From Piromyces finnis finn (lineage: Eukaryota; Fungi; Neocallimastigomycota), in contig MCFH01000099.1 of the NCBI GenBank assembly GCA_002104945.1, forward strand, positions 13,208 to 77,207: a DNA stretch of 64,000 bases, in the 5' to 3' direction. Numbering within the stretch: the first letter of the stretch is position 1; each line of letters begins with the position of its first letter. This document shows positions 21,447 through 34,114 of this stretch, in pieces. Under the pieces are notes generated by a model, which saw nothing but the letters and a program-made list of their open reading frames with translations, was not told the origin of the DNA and searched no databases. The translations under genes were made by a program, and so were the position numbers.

Positions 21447-21509
21447 AGTACCAGATTGAATCTGACGCTTACAAAGTTCTTTCCATTCCCTTGAATTGTA
21501 ATTAATATT
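21447..21509 (-). mobile_element. Remainder of truncated copy E
   Basis: agtaccagattgaatctgacgc...attaatatt matches the ORF tail and continues the sequence interrupted at 10117. Confidence 0.9.
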
Positions 21510-22000
21510 AACTTTATGCTATATACTTTTAAAATTTCCTTTCTACTTTAAAAAAAACTTAAAATGTTTATAATTTCAAACATTCCTACTTTTCAAACAT
21601 TCCTAAGTACTTACAACTTCTATTTAAATTTAAGAATCTAATTAAATAAATGAAATTTAATTTGTAATATTAAAAATGTTTTTTTTTTTTTTTTTTAATT
21701 TATTATTGAAATTCTAAAATATGTAATTTTTGTTATTTATATATATATCAAAATGAACATTTATGTAATATTTATAATGAATAATTGATATTAACATATG
21801 ATAATAAACTAAAGAAGATATTTTAATAATAAAAAGAAATTAAATATAAAACCCATATTACTTTATAATACAAGTTCACATAAAAAACATATATTAATTA
21901 CATCAACGTATTTATATATTATTTTTTATATATTTATTTATTTATTTTATTGATTGCTAAATTCTTAAAATTCATCACAATGTCAATATTTATTTCAAAT

Positions 22001-22877
22001 TTACTTTAAGGATGGGAAGTCATTAGTATCGTCGACGTTAACCTTGTTGTTGGCTGGACGCTTGTTGTTGTTTCTGTTTTGGCGACCACCGCGACCACCA
22101 CGACGACTGTCGTTGAATCTTTGTTCGATTTCGTAAACAAAAGTCTTTTCCTTTTGCTTCTTAACCTTGTGAACCTTTTCGTTACCCTTACCGGCGAAGT
22201 AAGCTTCTTCATCCTTGGATAATTCAACAGTTTCACCCCACTTAGATTCATCAACACCTTCGTTAGCAGATCTGATGGTGTTTTCGTTGGCAACAGTCTT
22301 CTTAGCTTGACTAGCAAGGTAGTCTTCTAAAGTCATTAATTTTTCTTCTGGCTTAGTTTCCTTAACTTCTTCTTCAACTTCGTTTTGTTCAACTTCAGCG
22401 GTTTCTTCTAAGTTTTCGGTATTCTTACCCCAAGAACCCTTACCAGCAACATCCTTCTTTTGACTGTCTCTTCTGGCAGAACCACTGTGACGATCGAATT
22501 CACGACCACGTCCCTTGTATTCACCACGACCACCACGACGACGGTCACCACCACGACGGTTGTCACCACCTTCAGCAGATCTAGCTGGTCTGGCTGTTTA
22601 ACAAAAGTAATAATAATAATTTAATATACGTAATTCTAAAATTTCTATTTTAAATAATACAAATTTAATATATTTAACACTTACAAGATTTACCAGCGAA
22701 ACCACCACGCTTTGGGTATTCGTTTCTTAATCTGTTTTCTCTTGGAGTAGCACGACTGTTGTCGACGACTTCGTTCTTGAGAACCTTCTTTTCATTTCTG
22801 GTGAGCTTAGTGGTGTTTTGGGTAGTTTCTTCTTCACCCAAAAGTTCGAAAGGATTTTTTGACCGGACGTCAGCCAT
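22001..22877 (-). CDS. STM1: Stm1/SERBP1 (HABP4-PAI-RBP1 family) RNA- and ribosome-binding protein, 2 exons
   Basis: N-terminal SKNPFELLGEE, RGG repeats, REFDRHSG, GSWG, MTLEDYLA and C-terminal DFPSL. GT..CAG intron at about 22594-22684. Confidence 0.85.
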
Positions 22878-24862
22878 CTTATTGTTATATTTAAATAATA
22901 TTATAAAATGAAAATATATTTATTATTATGCTGAACATTTTTTTTAATTTCTTTTAATTTAATAACAGAACAAATTCTTTTTTTTTTATATTTTTTTCTT
23001 AAAAATAAACCCATTTTACATTTCGTATTGTATCTTCACATTTATAGTTTTAAATCTTCTTATATATTTTTTTATTTGAATATATTAAAGATGGATGAAT
23101 ATTTAATATTTTCTTTCAGTTATTATGGTTATTGTTTATTTACACCTATTATTTTTGTCATTTAACATTTATTTTGTAATCATTTTGATTACAATAAACT
23201 ATATACATCCATTAAATATTACCAGTACTTCTTTAAAATAATAACTTTTCCACTTAAATTAAAAATTAAAAATAACAATTAAATACACATAAAAAACTTA
23301 TTCCACATAATCAACATCATTATATACCTTTTATTTCTAGTAAATGTATGGAAATAAAATTTAAAAAGAGAGGTAAATTTATTACAAAATTATTCAACTT
23401 TTCTAACATTTTGATTGACAAATAATATTTAAGAATTACTAGTAGGAAAAAATTTTAAAATGATTTTGACCAATCAAATCAAGTTATTCAAAGTGGGATA
23501 ATAAACAAAAATAAAATAATATTATGTAATAAATATAAAAAAAACAAAAATTAAAGAAAAAAAGTGGTGAAAAAATGGTAGTAGTGTTAGAATTATGGTA
23601 CTATGTGTTATAAAGATATATTTATATATTTTACACTATTAATAAAATTGATGATTTTTTTTTTTTAACAAACATTATGGTATTAAAAAGTAAATTTTTT
23701 GATTTTAGTATAAAGAAATTTATATTGAAAATAAATATTATTTAAAGGGTTTTTTTTCTTTTTTTTTTTTTTTGTGTGTGTGTGCTATTAATGTATTATT
23801 ATATTATAAGGGTATTTTAGTAATTATTTCTTAAATATGAAATTGTCAAATTATAGTAAATTTGTCAATCTTTTAATAGATGAATTTTCTTTAAAAAGTT
23901 AAAGAAAACTATAGTTATTTACATATCCTTAAACGTTATATTAATCTTTTTAATTTAGTATTAATTTTATTGAAGTTTTTTTTATATTAAACTAAATAGT
24001 AATGAGGAAAAAAACAAAAACTAAAAAAAAAAAATAAAAGAAAAAACAATTTATAAAAAGGCATCAAAAAAATTATTAAATTTTATTTGGGAAGGTGTTT
24101 ATTTATTTTTTTTTCTTTTAAAATATCTTTATATTTCAGCAATATTGAATGTTTTTTTTATAGTATTTTATTACATGTTTCTTTTTTTTTTTTTGTTTTA
24201 TTTCATTTGACTTTATTTGATTCTAATTCATATATCTGGTTTTTTAATATATAAAATATGATATTTTTGTATAAGACTTTTAAAATTTTATCACAATTTG
24301 ACTTTTTTTTTTGAAAAAAAAAAAAAATGAAAGTAAAGTATTCTAATGAGGAATAACTTTTTATTTTTGCTTTTCCTTTATCTATATAAATATTTCCTAA
24401 TAATGAAGAAAAAGAAAAATAGTATTTTAAATAGCGCCTTTTTCATTATTCCCTTGATTAGGTTTATAATTTTTCTTATTATTACTATTGGATTTCTTTT
24501 TGTTTCCTTTTTTCTGTATCATTGAAGTATGATTGAATTTTTTCATTAAGATTTTTTTCTGATTTTTACTTAATTTATCTGGTGCTATTTCATTTAAGTA
24601 GTATATGTATATATGATAAAAATTTTTATTTAAAACTTTTAGATCTTTAATGTGAATACGAATGAAACCTATCAAGAAAAAAATATTCCCCACAAGAGTC
24701 ATTATAAATGGAATCATACCATTACATATTAAATTTTCATGAATATAAGATCCGCTCCATGGGAAATTTGGATAACGACTTATAATATAGAAAAATAAGT
24801 GTGGAATACCAATAGTGAAGGAAGCTACAAATTGGAAAGTCTGGAAGAAAATAATGTGTTTC

Positions 24863-25057
<195 letters not shown>

Positions 25058-28000
25058 TATTTATATTTATTAGGATAAAATATGTGCAAATCAATAATTA
25101 TATTAACAAGAAGAAATTATGTAATTTTGATTTTTGTTTTTAATATTTTACCTTATAAAATGGTGCTTTCTTAATATCTTTTGATATTTTCCAAGAATAA
25201 ATGTATAAAAATGTATGAACAAAACTATTTACAAAAACAGCAAGGCTATTAAAATTTAAGTATATAAATATTGAAAAATTAGATATAATGGAAAAGCATT
25301 TTTTAATTTAGTTACAATAAATATTATGGTTATATTATTTTTTTAAAGTTTTTTTTAATATTATTTACGTTGAATAAATCATTCTATTATTTAACCAACT
25401 GTAGGTCAATGGAATTGCATAGACATGTCTCCAAATATGATAGTGTCTAAGAGATTTCTAATTACAATAAAAAAAATATAAATATTTTTATTATATTTTA
25501 TTTTATTTTATAGGGTATATAATGATTTATTATCAATAAGAAATCAAAATATAATAATATTGTATCTTGATTATTTCATATTTTAAAAAAAACTTTTTTA
25601 TCCTATAACATACACTTTATATATTCTATTTATTCTTTATATTAAAAAATAAATAAATGATAAATGGAACATTTACCTTTTTTAATGTTAATAATATGGA
25701 TCCTGATAATTGATATATTTTATTTAAATAATAGATATATGTGATGTATGGCCATAAACCTTTTATTGTAGTTTCATTTTCACAATATAATTCTTTTAGT
25801 TTAAATTTCTAAAATATTAGGAATACAATTATAAAAGCCATTTAATATTCATTTATTGCAAAGTTTTTAAATAATTTTTATATCTACTGTTTTATTATAT
25901 ATATATATATATATTTTTTTTTTATTTTAAAAGGGATATTTACTAAAAGTTTGTCAAAGACACTATATCCTGATAATAAAGTTAATATTACTGACCACGT
26001 AATAAATATTTTATTATTAATTGATGTAAGAGAATCTACATTGAAAGGTTTTTTATTTTTCATAAATAGCTATTTTTATTAGTTTATAATTAATATATTG
26101 ATTATTAATTAGTTTTTATTTAAAAATTTGTTGTATAAAATTTTTTACATTTCATTTCTATTAATTAAAATTAACACCTACTTTTATAATAGCAATTAAT
26201 GAAAAATATATAATCCATAACCATATAACACTCTTTTTTGTTTATATATTGAAATTTTGAATTAGAAATTATTTAAAGATTAAATTAATAATAAATATAG
26301 GATACCATAAGAGATTAGTTAAATAAATATTTAAAATTAAGGATATTTTAAATATTATAAAATATAATATAAAATTAATAATTCATTATTAAATTGATTA
26401 TTAAAAAACAAAAAAACAACAACAACAACAAAAACATATTTAAATGATAAATGATACATCAAATAAAATACAACTATGTATATTCAACTTACTATATAGC
26501 CTGAAAGTGGTGTTTTATTTACAGTCCATTTAAAATTATTAGGATTAAAAAATTGATTCCACTCCCACTGATTTAATGGTGGAACTATATCATTAATACT
26601 GACCATTTATATTTATATATTTTTATTTTATTATTATTGTTGTTTATTTTTTTTTTTACTTGTTTCTATTTTATTTTATTTTATTTATTTTTTATTTTTG
26701 AATTTGTATAAATATATATTTTATTTATAATTTGATTTTGATATTATAAACAATGTTCTATTTCTATATATTGTATTATACTATTATAATGGAAAGATAT
26801 TTTTCTTTTATTTATTAAATATTTTTCTTTTTATTGAAAAAATTGGTATTTAGGGATTTCTTTCTTTTTATTAAAAAGAAAATAAATTTAATAGTTGTTG
26901 TTGTTGTTATTATTGAATGAGTGATAATTATTAAGAGTTTTTTTTAAGAAGAAAAAAAAAAAAAAGAAAAAAAATTTAAAATCTAAATTTTATTGTTATG
27001 TTTTTTTTTTTTTTATTTTTTTTATTTTTTGTTTTTGTTTTTTTTTTTTTTTTTGTTTTTTCGTAAAGAAAATAATAATTTTAATTTTGAATCATGAAAT
27101 TTGATAATATAAAAGTTTAATTGTTTTTTATAGTTGCTATTATTATTAAAGTCTTAAATTATGTTTTATGTATTGATGATTGAGTTATTTTTTTTCCCTT
27201 CTAAATAACTTTATTTTAAAGAATAATAAGTATACATATATATATTTTTTTAAGGAATCTTCAATTTAAAGTGAATATCATATAAACTTTATTATAAATA
27301 TTTAATATATTATTATTTTATAATTTTTTTTTACTGTTAAAAATTTAAAATTTTTATTTAATTTATAAAAAAAAATTTTATTTAGTTTCGATTATACTTT
27401 TTTTGTTAGATGATGAAAGTTAATTTTATATTATATTAAACTATAATATAATTTAATAGTTAAATAAATTAAAAAAAAAAAAAAACCAGGAAAAAAAAAC
27501 AATATAGTAATGAATACTATAAATAAAAATAAAATTTAGTAACAACACAATTTAGATAAATAATATATTTTTATTTATTAAAATTATTATTTAAAATAAA
27601 AAGTATCTTTAAAAAAATTCATTTATTCTCTTATTTTTTATTATTTATTATTTTTAAAGTTGTTTAAGCACATTCATCGTTTCCCTTTTAACTTTGCATT
27701 CACCATCCTTTTATGCTTAATTCAGTCAAAGAATTTCGTACGACATACATTTCATATTAAATAAAGTTGAAAATTTATCCAATAAAATAAAACGATCAAA
27801 AACCTTTTTTAAAGTATTAATTCTAACCTAGAATTTGTTAAATTGTTCAAATTATAATAAAAAAAAATAGGTATATAACAATAGCTATACTTTATTTCAG
27901 TAATACTAATTAAATAAAATTTAAAAAGATTATTATTTAATACTATTAAAGATATCGTGTAGATGGGTAATATATATATTTTTACTCTATAGACTTTTTA

Positions 28001-28765
28001 TATTACTATTTATTAATATAATTTATATTTTTTAAAAATTCAACCAAATATAAACATATAAGCCATACTTTTTTTTTTTTTTTTTGTTTCCTATCTCCTT
28101 TCCCCTTTTGTTTTTCTATGGAAAATTAAATTTAAAAGAAAAAATATTTTCTTTTTTTTTCAAATGTTTTTTGGTATCCATACTATTTATTTTATATAAT
28201 TATATCTTTTTCATTTTTAAGTATAATTCCTATTCTTCTTCAGAAAGTAATTAATAATATTTTTTTCATATATTTTATCATTTTTATTTAAAGTCTAAAA
28301 TAGGTATTTATATATAAAAATAAGTATAATACATTTGTATATACATGTTTTTTTATTGTAATTTAATGGTAATATATAAATATATTTTATTTATGATTTA
28401 TGCTTTTTTTTCTTATTTTTAGATTGCATTAATAATAATAAAAAAAAAACTGTTATTAATTAATAATTATTATTATTATTATCATTTTTTTAGCAAAATA
28501 CAATATATGACATATGATTTTATTAAAAAAAAAGCCTTCTAAATTGTAATTCTATAATGAAAACAATTTAATTACTTTAATAATTTTTATAGGTATATAT
28601 ATATATTATTAAGTTCTAATAAATGTTTATATTGTATAATAATGTATAATGTGTATTTTTATTTTACTATATAACAACTATATAATAACTATATTTTTTT
28701 TAATATATTATGTAATTTTTATTTTGCTTTTTTTTCTACTATGGTATATTATTTTTAGATAATAT

Positions 28766-31207
28766 TTATTTCTTGCTACGGCAACACATAAATAAACCAA
28801 TGACAATGACAATAACAACAGCAACAATACCAGCAACAATCCAGTAGTTGAAACCACCTTCATCAGTTGATTTATCTTTGGTTTGAATATTACTGTTTAA
28901 TGGTACGGTATTGTTCATTGGAACAGTGTTTACTAAAGTATTATTAGTTGATAAAGAGTTATTTGGAAGTAAACCATTTGTGGTAACTATACCATCATCA
29001 AGATTACGTTCTTTAATAACTTGTCTAAGTCTAGCAACTTTTTCTGGTGAAACACCAGCTTCTTCAGCAACATCGGCCAATTCACTTAAAGTAAGAATTC
29101 TACCTTCAGCTTGTGCCTTAGCATCAGCTTCTCTTATTTTTTCAACCATGGCATGTGGATATCCAAGAGCTTCAGCAATATTACAAAGATCAGCAATAGT
29201 AATTGGTGTACCTTGAGCAGCAGCCAAAGCTTCATATTTCTTAACTTTTTCAAGCATTTTATCGGAGACTCCCATAGCAGCAGCTAATTCAGAAATAGAA
29301 ATAGTACTAAAAGTAGAGGATGAAGTTATACCATTTCCAGTAGTAGTGGTGGTGGTATTAGTGGCTGTAGAAGTATTTGTTTTGGAAATAATATTATCAA
29401 GAACAGTACTAACATCCTCATATGATGCATTATCCTTGGTACCAGAATCTTGTTTATCATTTAAAACATTACCGAAATTACCACTATTATTGTTTCCACT
29501 TTTATAAATATCCATGACTTGATTGATCATGGAATCTGGTATACCATATCCCTTGGCTATTTTAACAACATCATCAATAGTGAGAACTTTACCTTTTGCA
29601 GCATATTCTTTTTCAAGTTGTTTAACCTTTTCAACCAAGTATGGTGGTGCACCATTAGCAGCAGCCAATTCAGACATTGATTGTTGGCCAGAAGATGAAT
29701 TATTGTTTTTAATACCTGCATCATTTGAAATTGGTTTTTGTGTAGGTTGATTTGGTTTATTATTATTTTCAGCTGGTGTTGGTAATGGCTTAATGTTATC
29801 ATTACTATTACCATTATTACCATTATTATTACCATTAGCATTATTTATTATATCTTTAATTTGTTGAATCATATCTTCTGTGGCACCATAACTTCTGGCT
29901 AATCTAATGACTTCATCAAGAGTAAGGGTTTTACCTTGAGCTGCATATTCTTTTTCAAGTTGTCTAGCCTTTTCAACTAAAAATGCTGGTGCACCATTAG
30001 CTTCAGCCAAATCAGCAAAAGATTGTTGATTAGGTAATTTTGTTGGTTCTGATTTATGTGTACTTACAGTTTTAGTGATAATTTGAGGATGTGAAGAAGT
30101 GGTGCTTTTTTTAGTAGTAACGTTGTTACTAGTAACAGTAATGACAGGTATATTTTGAGTAGTTGCTGAAACAGTAGAAGTTTTTGTTTTAGTTTGAATG
30201 TTAGTATTAACATTTTTAATCATCTCAATGACATCATCTGGAATTCCATAAATCTTGGATAATCTAATAACTTCATCTAAGGTAAGAGTTTTACCTTGAA
30301 GAGCATAGAGAGATTCGACTTGTTTAATTTTTTGAACAATGGAAGCTGGAGCACCATTAGCTTCAGCTATTTCAGAAACAGATGGTCCATGGGTTTGAAC
30401 ACTTTTGGTTGTAGTAGTAGTTTTTGGTATTGTTGTAGTATGATGAGTTGTAGTAGTAGTATGATGAGTTGTAGTAGTAGAATGATGAGTTGTAGTAGTA
30501 GAATGATGAGTTGTAGTGGTAGAATGATGAGTTGTAGTAGTAGAATGATGAGTTGTAGTGGTAGAATGATGAGTCGTAGTAGTAGAATGATGAGTTGTAG
30601 TAGTAGAATGATGAGTTGTAGTGGTAGAATGATGAGTTTTAGTAGTAGCATGTTGAGTTGTAGTTGTGGTGTGATGAGTAGTTGTAGTAGTTGTTTTATT
30701 AGGTGTTGGAATTGGATTACTAGTTGAAGGAGGTATAAAAACATTACCACCACCGAATCCAGCTAATAATTTAAGTTTGTTAAGAGTACTTTCAGGAAGA
30801 CCAGCCTTTTCAGCAATTTCAAAGGCATCAGATAAAGTTAAGGTTTTTCCTTGGTCTTCATATTCCTTTTCGACTGCCTTTATTTTATCTACAATATCTT
30901 TTGGGGCACCATACATTTGAGCCATTGTTGATACCTTTAAAGCTCTTTTTTCAATTTTTGAAAAATTTTCAAAGAGAGAATAAACATTTTTATTTTTTTT
31001 GTTGAAATATTCTTTGTCTTTAAATTCTTTTAAATCATTTTTCAAATCTTTTAAATTAGCGATTCTAACTACATTGTTAACGTTTTGATTAATATTATCA
31101 ATGTATGCTGGTAATGCTGAAATGCAATAGATAAAAACTAGTATTTTTTTATTTTTTTAAAAAAAAAATATTAATTAACTGAAATAATTTATTTTTTTTA
31201 TTTTCAT
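28766..31207 (-). CDS. Type I membrane or cell-surface protein with five copies of an unrecognised helical domain and Thr- or Asn-rich linkers
   Basis: 28-nt exon (31180-31207), 42-nt GT..TAG intron, then an open frame giving MKIKKINYFIFIYCISALPA (signal-peptide-like). Modules such as SxxELAxANGAP..EKxKQLEKEYAAxGKxLTLDEV. (THHSTTT)n linker. C-terminal hydrophobic helix WIVAGIVAVVIVIVIGLFMCC followed by RSKK. Confidence 0.85.
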
Positions 31208-33989
31208 TATATATGATAATAATTTGTTCATATATATTCTTTTACTTACGATATGTTATCAATATAATGGACTTAACAAACATTTTTAAATTATTATTTA
31301 TTTTAAACTTAAATATTTTATTTATTTATTTATTTTTTTTTTTTTTTGTAAATTTTATTATTATTATTACTTCTAATTTATCATAAATATTTCATTTACA
31401 ATAATTTATAATAACAATAAAAATTACTAATATTATTTATTTCTTTTTTTTTCTTGATTAAAAATAGAGAATTATTTCTTCTTTTATATTTCGTATTTTT
31501 TTTAAAGTACCCAAATAGTTAATTAATAATACACAAGATTTATTTGGATATTTATTAATAAAAAAAGGCAAATTATATTTTTATAAAAGGACTAATTAAT
31601 ATAATATATTGGGATATTAATTACACATGTATTATACATTTATTATGAATCATATATAATACATAACATTCAATATTATATTTAAATTTATATATTAGGA
31701 AATTTATGTTTCACAAATAAAATAATTGTTCTATTTAATATAAATTTTAAATAATATTAAAATTTTAATTGTATATGTGATTTATAGAAATTCTTTAGTT
31801 CCTATTGGATAAAAACCTTTCTTCTAAAACCTTTTTTGTCTATAATAGGATAATAGTAGTTCAGTAATATTATATCCAATAAAAAAATATAGACATTTTA
31901 GTATTAAAATATATACACAATGTAAATATAAATATATTACAATATATTGATTCTATTCATAATGTGTAATTTGATACAAAAAGCTTTCTTTCTTTCTTTC
32001 CTTTTTTTTTTTTTGGTGAAGTCATATATTATCTTTAAAAATGTAAAATGTGATTTATATACAAAATGTACAATAGGAATTGAAAAGAATAGTAATTAAA
32101 GTTTAGCATCAAAGATATTTTTTTAATATAGTCATCTTTATTAAAATTAAAAATAATAATAAATAAACTTTATTCAAATTAAAATGGAAAATTTTTATAA
32201 AAGTTTAAAAAAATAACATGAGAATTGAAAAATAATCCATAAAAGAAGAAAAGGAATGTCTTTTCATTTATCATAGTAATTCATATATATTATAGCTAAA
32301 AAATATAGTTTATTTAAATATAAAAAATTAAAATAGTATCTATATTTTTATTTGTTTTTAAAGTTTTTATTTCTATATATTAAAAGCATTTATATATATT
32401 TTTGATTATTACTTGCTATTCAATGGCATATTTAATGCTAAAAACATACAAACGAGAAAAAAACTTTTTTTACAACACTATCAATGATAATAACAGTTAT
32501 TTCTGCTACTATTACTACCAATAACAATAAATTAGAAATCATAACATAAATTATAAATAATACTAATAATAATAGTAATGAATTAAAATAAAATATATTT
32601 TTTTTTATATTAATATTATTTAAAACTAAAATTAGTTTAATGAATTAGAATAATAATAAGTTTATTATTTTTTTTTTATTTTGAAAAAAAAATGATACTT
32701 TAAAAAAAAAGTGGGATAATTTTAATATAAATATGAATTTTTATTGCATTTTAATTAAAAAACATTTTTAGAATAATAGTAATTATTGTTTACTAAAAAT
32801 TATATTATTAAGTTATCTTTTATAGACAGAATCACGAAATTCATTACTTTCACCTATACCTACTATTCCTAATTATATAATAATAAATAAAACAAACATT
32901 ATATAATAATCAATAATAACAATGGCAATATTAATTAATTAATTAATTAGAAATTTTCGAAAATTTGAAAATATAATTTTGTATATTAAATTGACCTTAA
33001 AATTAATAATATATTTCTATATTTCATTTTTTTTATAATATGAAACTTAACTTCATTGCTTACATTATAAATAAAAGACTTTTAATTTAATCTATTTCCA
33101 AGTACTTTACTGTTTTCCTGCGTTTATATAGAGTCTTTGATTTTTTTTATATTATAAAAAATAAAATTCTTTTCATTTTTAATGGTTTTTTTAATATTAT
33201 ACTTAAAAATATTTATAATGTTGAGATCATTTTTTTTCTATTTCATTAACAACGTATGATTATATAGATATGCAGCTTTAAATTCGAATTTAATAAATTT
33301 CATAAGAAATGTAAAAAGTTCTCATTAACTGCTGCTTTATTTTTGCAATTTAGTATTGAATATTATTAAAGATATCATACCATTAGTAATTTATATAATT
33401 TTAGTAATGATGTTAATAATTCATTCCACGATGGTGCCAGACTTTATAATATTAATTTTGTTTATACAATTTTTCCTAGTGGTAAAGTCAAAAAAAAGGT
33501 TAAAGATTAATAACAAAAAAAAAAAAATAAAAGAAATAAAGATATTAAATAACTATATTAGATATAATAATTTTGATTCTACTTCCTATTATAAAATATT
33601 CATAGTATTTTTTTAAATTATTTATATATATATGTAAAATACACCATTGAAATTCATTTATGATTTTTTAATAATCAAATTAAATAGTTTTAGATTAAGG
33701 GTTAAGGGAATAACTCTATTATATTAAAAAAAAAAAAAAAAAAAGCAATTTTTTAAAGATGAATAATGTATAATATTTTATTTTTATAGTAATATTATTT
33801 TTTACTTATATATAGATGAAATAATATTACTGCTATTACAAATTGAATAATTTTAAACTTTGAATGAAAAATTAATAAATATAAAGTATGCAATTTAAAA
33901 TTTAATAGTACAAATATTTATGATGTATATAATTTATTAAAATTGAAATTGTTTAATAATCAATGGAAAATACAATTGCATATTAAAGC

Positions 33990-34058
<69 letters not shown>
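33990..34058. repeat. (TTA)n microsatellite upstream of the ankyrin gene
   Basis: Pure run. Confidence 0.95.
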
Positions 34059-34059
<1 letters not shown>

Positions 34060-34114
34060 TTTTAAAAATTATTATTTCAAAATTAAAATATAATATTATT
34101 TTTGTTTTAATAAT

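Noticed and set aside
374-21509. Drosophila HeT-A/TART-like telomere-building array
   Set aside because: cDNA growth points toward the host genes (5' ends face inward), the opposite of terminal addition. Internal TSDs show true insertions, and no TTAGGG array is visible. A subtelomeric position cannot be excluded from this window.
24427-24717. 96-aa ORF as a gene
   Set aside because: TTG start in the ORF track, Lys/Asn/Ile-biased composition and no motif or supported exon partners. It may be a relic fragment.
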